Source: Eutreptiella sp. 'Long Island Sound 2002' (Eukaryota; Protista; Euglenida). From it: 64,000 nt of DNA. Shown here one piece after another: positions 25,301-37,788 of this stretch. The DNA is taken from NCBI GenBank assembly GCA_964036045.1, contig OZ038379.1:16368001-16432000 (forward strand), written 5' to 3'. Every line of letters starts with the position of its first letter. The first letter of the stretch is position 1. The notes under the pieces were generated by a model, which was not told the origin of the DNA, did not search any database, and saw only the letters and a program-made list of their open reading frames with translations. Made by a program: the position numbers and the translations under genes.

Positions 25301-28300
25301 GCGTCCATGGGCGCCAAAGGCACGCGATGCTCCATGGGCACCAATCGAAAATTTTGTCCACTTTGCACCCCAACACTATCCTTAAACCCAACCCTGACCC
25401 TAACGCCCACCCCAACGCTACGCCTAGTCCTAATCCCTAGCCCTAACCCTAACCACGTTTGAATATTGGGACCGAGCCGGTGAGGGAAGGAGCATCGTCT
25501 AGGAGAGTTCAACGACAAATGAGGTACGGCTTGGAACGTGGATGAGAGCGGCTCAAGAGGGGCTCAAAATGAGCTGTGTTCATCCGTTTTTGCACCACAA
25601 GCGTACTAGGATCGTTTTTGGAACACCATGGTTTTGACCCATTTTTGAGCCCTTTGTGGTCCCAAATTGGCCCATTTTCAAGGCCCTTTCGCCCTTGAGA
25701 GGGGCCAAATTTGCTCAACATTAGCTCAAAATGGGCTCATTCCACTTGTTTGTGCACCCCAAATAGTCCAAAAGTATGTTTGGAAAAACACATTTTTGAT
25801 CCATTTTTGACTGATTTTTGGTCCCAAAACAACCCATTTTCAAGGCACTTTGTGACTTCAGAGAGGCCAAAATGGCTGGCAATGGGCTCAAAATGGGCTC
25901 ATTTTACTTGTTTATGCACCCCCAATGGTCTAGGATCATTTTTGGAAAAATACATTTTTGACCCATTTGTGACTAATGTTTTGTCCCTGTGCAGCCCATT
26001 TTCAAGGCATTTTCAAGGGATTTTAGGAGGGCAAAACGGGCCACCACAAGCTCAAAACACTTGTTTTGGCATACCATGTGGTCTAGGATCCTTTTTGAAA
26101 AAAGTCTTTTTTTTTTGCACCCGGTGGAGCTTGTTGACCCATTTTGGCACCCACCTCGTTGGGCTACCTCTTGCAGCTTGCCGCAGCCCACGGGGGCCCA
26201 CACGGCAATGATGTGGCAAACGCAGCCATGAACGAAAATTTGGGGATCTTGTCCAGCCCAATCAACATGGTTAGCATGGCTGAACCAACTGGCTACAAAG
26301 GTTAGGGTCAGGGTCACCGAGCTGGTGGAACCATTCTTGGTTTTATAACCCTTTTTAGTGTCTAGGGTGGACCTACCAGGTTTAGCAGCAGCAAGCAAGC
26401 AGCAAGCAAGCAAGCAACAGCACACGCGAAATGGGTAAAAATCAGAACTCCGTCGTGGTGCTTTGGATTTGGTTGAAATTTTGGTGCATGCTACCTATGG
26501 GTGTGAAGTACAATCACACAAAGTTGGAGCGAGAAACTCAACGGTGGCGGCCGGGAACGGGATTCGCAAGTGGCGGACCTCAGTTTCAAAAACTGCAGTT
26601 TAGGGCCAAAAAGAGCCATTTTTGGGCCAAAAAAGCCTGGGAACACATTCAAAACGGCCAAACGAAGGGAAACGGTGGGTACACTCCACATGCGGCTTGA
26701 CTTCCCCGTGTCAACGAGCTCTCTGCGGCCCTCTAACTCCATGATATGTCCCGGAAACGGCCCAAAAAGGCCCCAAGAAGCTCCAAATGCCGACAGCCAC
26801 AAACCAAGAATAGGCCATATCTTTGGCTACATGGCTCAAAATGCGATTCCGAGGGCACCTACTCCACCCGGAACCCCCCACTTTTTGTGGTTTCCACCCC
26901 TCAGAATTGCCCAAACGGACACCTAGACCCCAATACCTAGGCCCACTAGGCTGCGGCAAGCTGCAAGCTCAAGCCCAAATAGGTGGGTGCCCAAATGGGT
27001 CAATAGGGTCTAGTAGGGGTAAAAAGATGACTTTTCTCAAAAATGATCCTAGACCATGTGCGACGCTAAAACAAGTGTTTTTGGACCGTTTTGAGCTTGT
27101 GGTGGCCCATTTTGGTCCTCCGAAAATCCCAAAATGCCTTGAAAATGGGCCGTTTTGGGACCAAAAATGGGTCAAAAATGGGTCAAAAACGCGTTTTTCC
27201 AAACCTCATCCTAGACCATTTGGGGTGCACAAACGGGTGAAATGAGCCCATTTTGAACCCAATTTGGGGCATTTTGGCCCCTCAGAAGTCCAAAAAGCCT
27301 TGAAAGTGGGCCTCGTGGTGATGGGGTTCACTTGCAAGCTTATTTCACTTTGTCAAGAGCCATCAATGTGTGAATCATTCTTGATGTCCCTCACCAGTCA
27401 TAGCTCATGTTCCCTCCCCCACTAGCTCGGTCCCAATATTCAGTCTTGATTAGGGTTAGGAGTGAGAGATGTATCGGCAATGATGAAACCAACGGCCGCC
27501 CCCAACGTCGCCGCCGCCACCGCTCCCCGGGGCCGAGACACCATGGAGCCGAGGACATGACGACGGCCCGAGACCGCCGCCATACACGCTGCATCCCCCG
27601 CCCTTTCACGCGACGGCACAACCCGAGGGCCTGGAGAGATTGGAGAGGTGGGTCGGTATGTGTCACAGGGAGATACAATGGCAACTCTTGTGGCCTCACC
27701 AGAGGCGACCCAGTCACAACGTGGATGGCAAACCCCATTGGGAACCTTTCCCTGTCGGCTTGATTCCGCGAGGCCTCCGCCAACACGGGACTGCGGTGTG
27801 GCCAGCTCCCGCAGACAAAACGAAGGGATTTGCTCGCAGGCAGGCCCGGACCGGGCGGAAAAGTGGCCGCACCCAATGACGGTCACACTCTCACACAGCA
27901 CAGCACCCTGGCCATGCCCATCTGGAGGCGTGACCCGCCGAGATGTGCAGGGCCCACATGGGACCCTTCACTGCAGCAAAGGCACCGACCATGGATCTAC
28001 CCCCCCTCCTAGCCAACACGGCCGTATAAGCCAAAATTTGGGGCCCCACGGCAGCTGTGATGAGCGCCAGCAGCCCGCTGGGGCCGCCGCCCGCCGGCCC
28101 ATGGCCGCGGGTCGCCACCGGCATGCCTTAGCACACACAACCATACGACAGAAGCAGCACACTAGGTCATGTGACCGAACCACATAACACCACACGTTAA
28201 GCAGGGATGCGCGGGGTGAACCGCAAGCCGGGACCGAGTTAAGGGTAGGACTGGAGTGCGTGGGGTGAGGATCGTAGGGCTCAACGAGATGCTAATCAGG

Positions 28301-31300
28301 CAACTCGGTGGGAGGCACAAAGGTGTGTGCACGGCGCCCCACTGCGTCAACACCTCTTATGCTGTTATTCCTCCAGACTGTATTCGCGCACACAACATGG
28401 TAACGAGGAAAACACCAGAAATCCCGCCCGGGGGACTGGGTGTGCACGCGGTGCAATTATTACAATTACGCCCGTCACATCCGATGCCGAGCGTGCCGAG
28501 CAGCCAATACCGCAACAATGGCCCTTGGAGACTGGTTATTCCCACGATGCGGCAACGGCCACTGGAGCCAATGCACAAAATGCAACCAGTGCCACGAACC
28601 CCGCCCGGAACCGAGAAGTGAGCCCAGCAGGCCGCGGCAGACGGCATCAGGGGTGCTAGTAGCAGTGGATACCCAGAGCTTGCCAATACAGAACAACGGG
28701 TACTGGGCGTACCGCATCTGCCCGCACCGAGAAGGATGACGCCGCTGCCTTCCGCACACCACGAGGAGACGGCAAAACACCCAAAGATTGCATATCAGCC
28801 GGAGATGCAGGACAAAGTTATCCCATACCCTCAGTCACAAGCACACGGGGCAGAACAACAGCCACCGCTCCCACCGGCAACTAGGACGCCGGAGGAGGCG
28901 CCCACAGGACGCGAAACCCTAGTGGAACGACTGCAGCGTGTCCAGTCCAGACCAGAGGAAGTGCCCAGTGACCGTGAAGCTCTGACGGAGCGGCTGAAAC
29001 GCGCTCAATCCTGTCCGGCAAAGATGGGAACACCGTACAAGCGGACTAACATCACCCGGATGAACAGGCAGTGACACCACCGATGCACGGAGAGAGATCA
29101 CTATGCTGCCACCAGTAACCGGGGCGCTGGCAGACCGTAGATGGTAGTGGAAGGATCCTACAGTGCGATCACGCTGATACTGTTTGGCCCACGCGCGCCG
29201 CCGCCGCCGCCGGTGATAGGAGGGAGAGAAGACATGTGTTTCGCTTGCCGTAGTCATCTGTACATACTCTCGTTATCACTGCCTTGGATTGAGTCTTCAA
29301 TTTGAAGGCATGGCCGTGGCCAGGCGGCATACTCGGTAGTATCGACAGGAGAAAGCAGTGTCCCCTCTCTTTGCGAGGGGTACGCCTGCTTTAAAGGTAC
29401 TATATGAATCGGGCGGAGCACCCGCATTGTAGCAAAGCACCTGAACTCACCTTTGCAGCTTTTGGACTATGTTTACTGGACCAAAAAAAAAACCAACTGG
29501 CTGCAAAGGTTAGGGTTAGGTTTATGGTGATGCTATGGTTAGAGGGAGGGCAAGTGGAGGTAAGGGGTGCCTGTGCCCCCCCCCCCTGCCTCCCACCCCA
29601 AATCGCCCCACCTGGACCCCCCCCAACCGACCCTCCCACGCCCCCCCTCAGAGCCCCTCCCAAAACACCCCCCCCCCATTGCCCCTCCCAGACCCCCCCC
29701 TCCCAGCCCCCGCCCCCCCGGGGGCCTTCGACCAACGGTGAGTTGGGGGGGGAGTTGGCGTCCAGGACCGAGGAGTCGCCCCCCCCCCCCGGGACACCTT
29801 GACAGATCCACAGGAATCAGAGCATCTCACCTTGACCCAGGTTGACCCAACACCTTTTGCGGAGCAAGCCCGGGTCACAACAGACATCAACTACGTGGGA
29901 ACCCGGCGGCTGCAAGAGCAGTTGCAGCCGCTGTTGACTCCCAAGGCGCACGTGGTGTTTGTGTCAAGCACCATGGGTGAGCGGGCGACGGCCTCGATGT
30001 CTGAAAGCCTCCGCGAACAATTCTTGTCTCCCGAGTTGACTGTAAAGGATTTAGATGGGCTTGTGCAGAACTTCGTGACCACCGCTCAAGATGGGAGCCA
30101 TGCCTCGAAGGTGTGGCTTGTGTCTCTCCATCCCGCACTGCATTTTGGCAGCCACCTTCTCATCCACAAACGAGTCGTTTCTGGCCAAACACACAGCCTT
30201 TTTTTCGTGGCCCTGGACATGTACCATGGTGCGTTTATGGGCAGCAGAGACTCTAATGGGACTGCGCACCTGCAGTCTGAGATTTGTGTTGCTGCACGTG
30301 ATTCTGTCTGCCCAATACTGCGGACCGTTTTTTTTGAGTTGAGCCAGACTGGGACCTGATTGGACCTCCCTGCCAACCCGTTGTGAGATGGGCACCCTGC
30401 CCAAATAGCACGAGGTGCCGTCTCTGTCACTGGTTGGCACCATGGAAGTGACGATTCTCTGCATCTGTTGAGGTGAGGATGGGCGTAATTCTACACCTGT
30501 TGCACCTGCTACACTTGCAGCCTCTGCATCAATCGCTTCAGGGCTCTGAAGGACTGCACAGGGGCAGTTAGACAAGCCGTTACTGCTGAGAAGTCAAGTG
30601 GCGGTAGGTGGTTTTTGGCGGTTGCACATGCGGCGGGCAGGGCTGGGGGCGCAGATAACTGCTGTTTTGGATGTGGTGGTGGTTATGGAGGGAGGGGAAG
30701 GTCCCCTTCTTCAGGAGTTGAAGTGAGATGGTTGAAGCGCAGGCGGTCTGCGGCTGACGTCATGCTGAGTGTTGCTCTCCCTGGGCTTCAGGAACGCACG
30801 TAGAAGGCTGCCCGTCCACACAGCGGGAGGAGTTGTTTCCGCAACCTTTAGTGCTGCTTACTGCCGTTTATGCCATGAGGGGTTGTCTTCTGCCTGTGCT
30901 TGCTTTTGAATTATGGGGCAACACACTGCGCCAGAGGTTGCAGTAGGTACATATGGGGCCCTTGGACTACGCTATCACAACAATTGATCTGAGCTGCGTT
31001 AAAGCGGTTGGCGGCATGCAAAAGGAGAAGAGAGGTAACACAACAGTGTTTTCCCCCGCCATCACCAATCCATAACAGGACTTTGTCTGAAGCAAAGGGT
31101 GGTTCAGTACGTGCCCTCCAGTTGACATGCGGGTTGAAAGAAGCCACTGAGTGATCCATAGACCGGTGGACCGCTAATATTGTGCAAAAGCCAGAAAATG
31201 AAATGGCGGTAGGCTTCTTCAGAAGAGCTGTGTGCACACGCCGGATCCTCACGAGCCGGTCCACAAATCAAAAAGAAGATTGCAAGGCAAGATATTCAAG

Positions 31301-33463
31301 AAACACCACATCAATGTGCTGCCACGGGGCCTCCGGCTGCCAACTGGGTTATGACCATAGGTGGACATTGGTGACTATTGTTGGGCTGTTGTCTTGCATC
31401 TCCGGAATCGACCGTTGGGGGCGTGTGCCCTTAACCACAAATACCACCTACCCGACCCCCCCCCCCCCAGGCCTTGTGCCAACCCCCTCCCTCCCCAGTG
31501 CCCCCGGCTAGAACCGCCCCCCCTCCGTCGGGGGGCTCCCGCTACCAACAGAGGGGACCCTATGAGCCCACTGATGAGCACATCTCGGTCTGTTCGGATG
31601 GTTTGTTCCAATCCCGAGCATGGAGGCGGTGGAGGGTTGAGCAATGAGGGGGTGGGCAAGTTGATTCACATTAATATGGACAAATCGGTGCATGAACCAT
31701 CAGAGCTGCTCTGTAGAAGGGCCTAAGAGACAGGCAGGATGGATCCTCGTGCAGATGCATTGGGCCTACTAACATATGCATCGTACTTAGGGATGGCCCA
31801 ATACGTCGTATGGTGTTGCAAAGGCTGCAGTCACGGCATATGCTCGGATCCTCTCACGCAGCCCAACGAACAACCACGCCTACTCATGTTGCCCAGGGTT
31901 TTGCAGGACAGGTGTGCTGCTGTGCCCTAACCAAAGTGCACGCTGTCAGGCCTACCTCGAGATCCGGGATGATATTAACAGCTCAACTCATTTTGGATTC
32001 GTTCTGTCGTGTTGCGCTTGGGTTGACCCTCGGCCGGTCCCACTCCTTCTCAATACGAGTGTTCTTGTGGTAGGTGCCTCTGTTTCGTGCGATTTCCATT
32101 TGAATTCCCAAACATGAGGTATTGTTGATGTTGCTTCGGCATGGCAGATCCTACTGCAGTCCCATGCAGCAGACCCTGGAACTGTCCGCAGCCTCTTGGC
32201 CGCAGCTCCTCTTTGAGCAATGGATCTTCCATATTTCTTGGGGACATTCAGAAATTGCCAACTTTGTGCGTTTCGGTACTTTGTGGGATTTTCCCCCAAA
32301 ATTTGCTCTGATGTGCAAACATGTCATCACGTAGGGGGTGTATGTGTATATTTTTTGAAATCTGTGAGAAAAGGCTATTTCAGAAAAGTATGGGGTTTTT
32401 TTTGGGGGGGGGTAGGTGCTCACATTTTTCAGCACAGCGCAACACACTGGACGGTGCACACAAACATGGCACTGCACAGGTGAACCATCTTTATTCTGAA
32501 CCATCGTCATCATCTGCATTGCCTTTTTCAGGCAGGGCTGGGGCCCCATTGGGGCAGACATCCCCTTGTTTGTGGACAGGGACAGGTTTCTGCTGATGGT
32601 CTATGTGGCTGCTTGACGACCTGTATGCACCTGCCAGCCACTTGTACACATCCCAAAATACTGGGCTGCGAAAGCAGTGGCCTCAGTAGCGGACAGAATG
32701 TTCTGCTCTTTGTGAGTACATGCAGGTTGCTGGGACGTCGCAGTACGAGCCTTTTTGGCCTGGCTACCAGGCTCGGTTCCGAGTTGACTGCACCCACTAG
32801 ACACCCCCAGAGCGAGCTCTCTTCCGCACCAAAGGCTTCTGTGGTGCATCGGGGGAGGCAACAGCACGTGGCGTGAATTTGTAGGCAGACATGGTAGCTG
32901 CCTGCTGACAAAAAGGGGCAGCAAGCAACACAGGCACCGTCCAAAACGGACGAAATTCTCAAACATGTCGCCAGTACAGCATGCAGACCCAGGGTGCTCC
33001 AAAAAGCCTTTTTCAAGGGCTTTCCGAATATACCCCACATACCCCGACCTCTGGGACACTCAGTGAGCACAAATGAGGCAACAAGGGCTCCGACCCCCAA
33101 AAACGCACAAAGTTGGCAGAATCGCAACCGTCCAGAGAGATATGTTGAGGGCAACACTGCTGATGTAGAGTCCGGGGACTTTCTCCTGAGCCCGGTGTGG
33201 TAACACACCGCTGGTTTGTCCATAACTGACAAAAACAGTATTCTCGTGGCGGGTGTGATGGTGGGTTTGTCACGCTTCCGTGCTTCGCAGGCATGACCCA
33301 GCGGGGCTCATTCTTCAGCCCGATGTCGTGGGTATTTTGGGCCGCTGGCTGGACGATTGGGCAGTCTGCGTATGCAGGAGCTGACACGCCCGTTTGGTTG
33401 CTTTTGGACACAGATGCGCCAGAGACCGGGCGATTCTACCGAGGCAGGAAGCAGATTTCATGA
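22059..33463 (+). CDS. Short-chain dehydrogenase/reductase, carbonyl reductase (CBR1-like); join(22059..22361,29841..30110,31791..31911,33291..33463), 288 aa
   Basis: Motifs TGANRGIG, HNAG, FRM|VDPTPF (CBR-type FKxxDPTPF), VFVSS, GWPNTSYGVAK (YxxxK), CCPGFCRT|GM and GADTPVWL...TGRFY. All three introns are GT-AG with matching phases (0,0,1), and the total of 867 nt is divisible by 3. Confidence 0.93.
23788..24141 (+). other. Intronic ORF of unknown function (117 aa; small beta-rich N-terminus plus S/P-rich tail), probably repeat-borne
   Basis: MDLSIGDRVFYT...ATVVG...LHLEY resembles an SH3/KOW-like barrel. It lies in SDR intron 1 between recurring GGCTTTGCCGC and AGCACGGCG motifs. Confidence 0.3.
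25453..26190 (+). mobile_element. Element B' (truncated relative of element B) inserted after CCCTAA repeats
   Basis: Follows CCCTAGCCCTAACCCTAA and begins ...TGAATATTGGGACCGAGCCGGTG like element B. It has amplified CTAGGATC...TTTTTGGAAAAA subrepeats and breaks off at GCAGCTTGCCGCAGCCC back into hAT-element sequence. Confidence 0.7.
26311..27449 (-). mobile_element. Element B, reverse-oriented copy inserted in a TTAGGG tract
   Basis: Reverse complement of 49714-50868 and 50877-52029. Flanked by GGTTAGGG on the left and TTAGGGTTAGG on the right; has subterminal inverted repeats and a (GCAA)n microsatellite. Confidence 0.88.
27461..29490 (+). mobile_element. Retrotransposed insert (non-LTR fragment or retrocopy) with RanBP2-type zinc fingers, A-tract and long TSD
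   Basis: AACCAACTGGCT(A/G)CAAAGGTTAGGGT occurs at 26283-26308 and 29491-29516 but only once in the uninterrupted copies 2 and 3. An A10 tract lies at 29483-29492. The zinc-finger frame is at 28431-28620. Confidence 0.65.
28404..28739 (+). pseudogene. Two RanBP2-type zinc fingers (second degenerate)
   Basis: GDWVCTRCNYYNYARHIRCRAC and GDWLFPRCGNGHWSQCTKCNQCHEPR; in-frame TAA at 28401 upstream. Confidence 0.75.
29841..30110 (+). CDS. SDR exon 2
   Basis: Acceptor CACCTTGACCCAG; VDPTPFAEQARVTTDINYVGT...DGSHASK; donor GTGTGG. Confidence 0.92.
31791..31911 (+). CDS. SDR exon 3 (catalytic YxxxK)
   Basis: Acceptor TCGTACTTAG; GWPNTSYGVAKAAVTAYARILS...CCPGFCRT plus one G; donor GTGTGC. Confidence 0.92.
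32235..33139 (-). mobile_element. Non-autonomous Sola1-like element (subfamily 2) in SDR intron 3
   Basis: TSD ATAT (32231-32234 and 33140-33143). Degenerate TIRs both carry GCCAACTTTGTGCG. Interior is similar to 36936-37788 and to the ends of 42317-45492. Confidence 0.75.
33291..33463 (+). CDS. SDR exon 4
   Basis: Acceptor CGCTTCCGTGCTTCGCAG, phase 1; (G)MTQRGSFFSPMSWVFWAAGWTIGQSAYAGADTPVWLLLDTDAPETGRFYRGRKQIS*. Confidence 0.9.
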
Positions 33464-36400
33464 GGCAACAGGAGATCGCGGATGTGGTGCTGAAGTGTTG
33501 GTGTGTTGATTATGCCGTCAATAGGCCGCTAGGGTTGTGAGGTGTAGCAGAACGATGCCATCACCCCCGATAATGCATCTGGCTGCACCCAACCTCACCG
33601 ATACCGATGCAGGGCGCACCCGTTCTGGTGTGATGCGCGTGGCACGTGTCCGGGTCTGACACGCCACGTCCCGTGCACGCGCGCCGCGGTGTGACGCGCA
33701 TCGCCCACCCGCATCCAGGTATAGCGCGCTGCGTTGCACGCGCCCCGGTAAGGAGCCCCACGGAATTTCCTGACATTTTTCATCAAGGCACAGGGGCGTA
33801 ATCATTGCTCCCTGGATACAGCACGGCTGACACAGGCATTCCAACCAGCAGGTCCGTGTCCCCAAAATCAGCTTCCGCATCTTCAGGGTAACGTCATGGG
33901 CACATGACACCAGCTGTCACACCCCGTGCAACGAAGTCAGGTCGCACAGCCGCTGCACGCTCAGGGCTGCGCAACCGCGACCACTGGGTTGTGCAGGCAC
34001 AAAATGTCAGTCGGCGGGCAGATGGAAGAATAGTCATGCCAGATATCGAGCAGAGTGAAGTAGAGCTGAAGATGATGCTGTTCCAGAGCGTGTTGCATGT
34101 CCATGCCGGATCAGCGAAGCTGCGGTGTTGTGTGGTTTGCAGGAGGGCATGCTCCGAGGTTGTGAAATTCCCGAGGCATAGCTGAATTGGCTGAAGGGCT
34201 GAAGGCATTGAGATGATTTGCACTTCGTTGCGGGGGCAGTGTACTGCTTCATGGGAAGGTTGTCGCATCCGAGTGCGTACCTGGGATGGCGTTGCAGGGC
34301 ATTTCGGTTCCGAAGAACTGCTTAGGGGGCTGGGCGCCTCGCAGGCATTCTGCTCCGAAGCCACGCGCGGTCGTTGTGCAGCCTGTGCAGCCTACGTGAG
34401 GAATGCCGAGGCTTCTCCGCTGGTTGACGGCGTGGTGGCCGTTTGAGGTCGCAGATTGCCCAGACTTCAGACTTGATTGCCGTACTCACCGTTACATCTA
34501 ACCGCCAGTCCCATATGCAACATAAACCTGAAGCCCAGCTCAGACTAGCGTCCGCCGCCTCAAACATGATCATGTGGGGCTGGTCCTACTGAGTCATGCA
34601 CCAGACGTGGCATGGTCCCCACTGGGGTCCGTGTGTGCAGAAGACCGGCAGTACTGAGTGTCTGGGCTGGTCCTGACGAGATGCAGTCGCTCTGCTGGAC
34701 GCCAGTGGCGGGTCTGCCCCCGCTCCTACCCCGACCCTCGTCCGCTTGGGTCGCCTTTATTGGGACGAGCGCATACCGTGCACGTCACATCCTGCTGGCA
34801 CTCGTTGGGCCATGGTGCTGGTAAACCTGGGTCGGGGACCGTCGGTAGCCCCCTGCCTGGCCTTCGCTCTGGCGCTCTCCGTGTGCCATCAATTGCTAAC
34901 TCTGAACGCTGTCCCATGTCTCTGAGTCGCGTTCCAGCTTGGGATGCCCGTCCGCCGTCCTCCGTCCCCCATCAGTGGATTTCTGGTAGACGCTACGGGT
35001 CATCTGATGGCTGAAGACTGGGGATTAGCTTACCCCACTGCAGTGTGGACCCGGGTCACCCCTCCCCCTCCCAACGCTTGTTCTTCTCAAACAGTAGTTT
35101 CCATTGACTTCTTCAGTCGAGGCCAGAAGGGCAAAAAGCAGGCAGCTGTCTTCCAGTCCTCCCTCGAGCTTGTGAAGAGGGTATGGCGTATGGCGGTGTT
35201 CTCTCGTGTTCATATGCCGAGCAGTCGCAATAGCTCCTGATCTCTGAACTCATCACACAGTGCCCTTGCCACGGTATGGGAAGGTGAGGAAGAACGCTGG
35301 TGGAGCTTCACTAAGACTCGTGCCCCCCCTTCTTGCCAAACACAGGTCGCGAGCTGCACCTCCACTCGCGCCCATCGTTGTTTGGGAATTGTCATGTGTT
35401 GCCAGGTCAAACCAGAAATCAGATGGTGCAGGATCCCAACCCAGTGCACTGTACCCCTGTGTACAGTACGAAACCCTCTGGCGGGGGTGCCTGCATGACA
35501 GGCTTGACGGATGGCCATGGGCAGGCAACCTGTGCAAGCCTGATGGGTATGAGGGGGAGCCTCCTGCTCTACCGACGGGATGGTCTTCCTTGGCGTCTGG
35601 CGATCCACATGGAAAGCCTTGATGGGGGAGTAGTCATCTAGCCTATGGGCTGTGCTCCTTTACATGATTTCCGTCCATACACCTTTCCTTTTGACGAAGG
35701 GCCTCAGCCTGCACGAGGCATAAAATCACCGTTGCGCGAAAGAGTCTCCGAAAAGGTTCAGGTGTGCAGTTGTAAATTTGGGTGGGTTCTACATGCAAGC
35801 GGCAAGTGCACACACATTGAATGCCTGTATGAACGTTTCAGTAGCTATGTGAACATAACTGTGTTGGGCTGGGCCATGTCAGGTTGATGCTTCATTGCGC
35901 ACCAGAAACGCCAGAAGAGGGCATAAGGGGGTTCCATGGGGGACAAATTCTGTTAGGCAAATTCTGAGCGAAGGTTTTGTACATAATTTGGTTCCTTCTT
36001 GAGTTCAAAGTACACGTATTGTGATGTGTTGGTTGGTGGCTCCGGATTGTCTCGACCAAGATGCTGTGCTCGCCTGCTCTCGTCCAAAGAGCTTGAAGAT
36101 GTGTGCTTGATGACCTGTGGGTGCAGAGTGAGTTCTCTGCATGCCCTTTGGGCTGTTCACACATTTCCTCCTGCCATGGGCAATCTTTGGCCACCGTACA
36201 TCATTTGTCCACCCATTTGGCAAAGAGTTGGCACAAAATTTCGCGCTGGAATGTGCTGCAGCAGACTTTCCCTTGCACAATTCTTCCCCCCCCCCCCCCC
36301 CACCCACCCACCCCCACACGCCATTGTGTGTCAGTGGTGCTCACCTCGCCTGAATGGATCGCCGGCACATGCCAGTGCATGCCTGGCGCAGTGACTCAGT

Positions 36401-36935
36401 GAACACAAAACTGCTGCCACAAATTAACAAGGTGCATATGCATAAGCTAAACAAGTAATCGCACAAATGTGAGCAAGATGTGCTTGCGCTTGAACAACAA
36501 GAACCTACACAGGACAGCAACAGGCAGATTTACACTTGCATAATCTGAAAGACGAAACCTTTCCCCAGCGCACCTCCAAGTCTTGTACATTGCAGTGTTG
36601 TACATTGCAATTTAACAAACTATGCAAGCAGTGGCAGGCGGCAAGGGTATTTACGATTTCTGTCTGTGATGAGGATCGGGCTATTTTCCTTAGGTTGCTT
36701 CAACAAAAGCGAGAGTAAGTGTTGGAGAGTGCTCCTCTGGCAGTTTGCGTTTGTGCGCCAAGTGCCATGAAGGTCATACCTGTGAGAGTGACTGGAAAGA
36801 CACAACAACAGTGGGGGCACCTTGAGCGTAGTGTGTGCAACAGAAATGTTTGGCTGGTCGTTGGGCTGTACCAAGAAACTTGTGGGACAAAGTAGTAATG
36901 TGGTCGCCCACCACCACTCAAAGATGTTTACAAAT

Positions 36936-37788
36936 CTCTCTGGGACATCCGTTTCCTGCCAACACGGAGCGTTTTCACATTTTTTTCAGACTTTTCTCAA
37001 CTTTTGGTCTAATGCACCAAAATGTCGGCACCTTGGGGGGGGTATGTGTATGCTTTTCGAAATCTGTGAGAAAACGCCATTTCAGAAATGTATGGCTTGG
37101 GGGGGGGTCACAGTTTGGCACACAGAGCTGCTAACGGGAGGACACACAGGGCACAGGCAATGCTCCAGGGATCACTCACTATTCCGAATCCGATTCGTTG
37201 TCATCGTTGCCCCTTTCCACAAGGGCCGGGACTCCATTGGGGCACACATCCCCCTGCTTGTGACTGGGAATATACTTTTTCAATTTTTCCCAATCCTGTA
37301 GCCTGCGTGGCTTCACTGGCACCCACCCTATGTTCAGGGGCATGGTCCACAGGCCGTCAGTTGTGAAGTCCACATTTCGCTGTTTGGTGAGCTGGACCTT
37401 GCGCCATGGAATGGCCTCACTGTACCCTGGGTTTCTTGGCCTGCTTGGCAGGACGCCGAGTCACACACACCCACTCTGCACCCCCAGAGCGCGCCCTTTT
37501 GCGAAGCAACAGCACGCTCCGTGAATTTGTATGCGGACATCGTACCTGCCTGTTGACAAATAGAGGCACAAAGCAACACAGGCACCGTCCAAAATGGACG
37601 AAAATCTCCAACATGTCGTCAGTACGGCATGCAAACCTCGGGTGTTCCAAATAGCCCCTGTCAGTGGCTTTCCGAATATACCCCACATACCCCCCCCTTT
37701 GGGACACTCAGCAGGCACAAATGAGGCAACAACGGCACCAACCCCTGAAAACGCTCCGTGTTGGCATGAAATTACGCGTCCCAGAGAG
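36936..37788 (-). mobile_element. Non-autonomous Sola1-like internal-deletion derivative
   Basis: TSD AAAT (36932-36935 and 37789-37792). TIR CTCTCTGGGAC...GCCAACACGGAGCG. Retains the transposase 3' end (37179-37435, matching ~44985-45240). Confidence 0.85.

Larger units (their letters stand above)
25191..29793. mobile_element. Non-autonomous hAT-like TIR element, copy 1 (composite, with nested insertions)
   Basis: Perfect 8-bp TSD ACACCTTG (25183-25190 and 29794-29801). TIRs are CCCG(G)nCGACTCC.CGG.CCT(A/G)G...; both arms are shared with copies 2 and 3. Confidence 0.88.
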
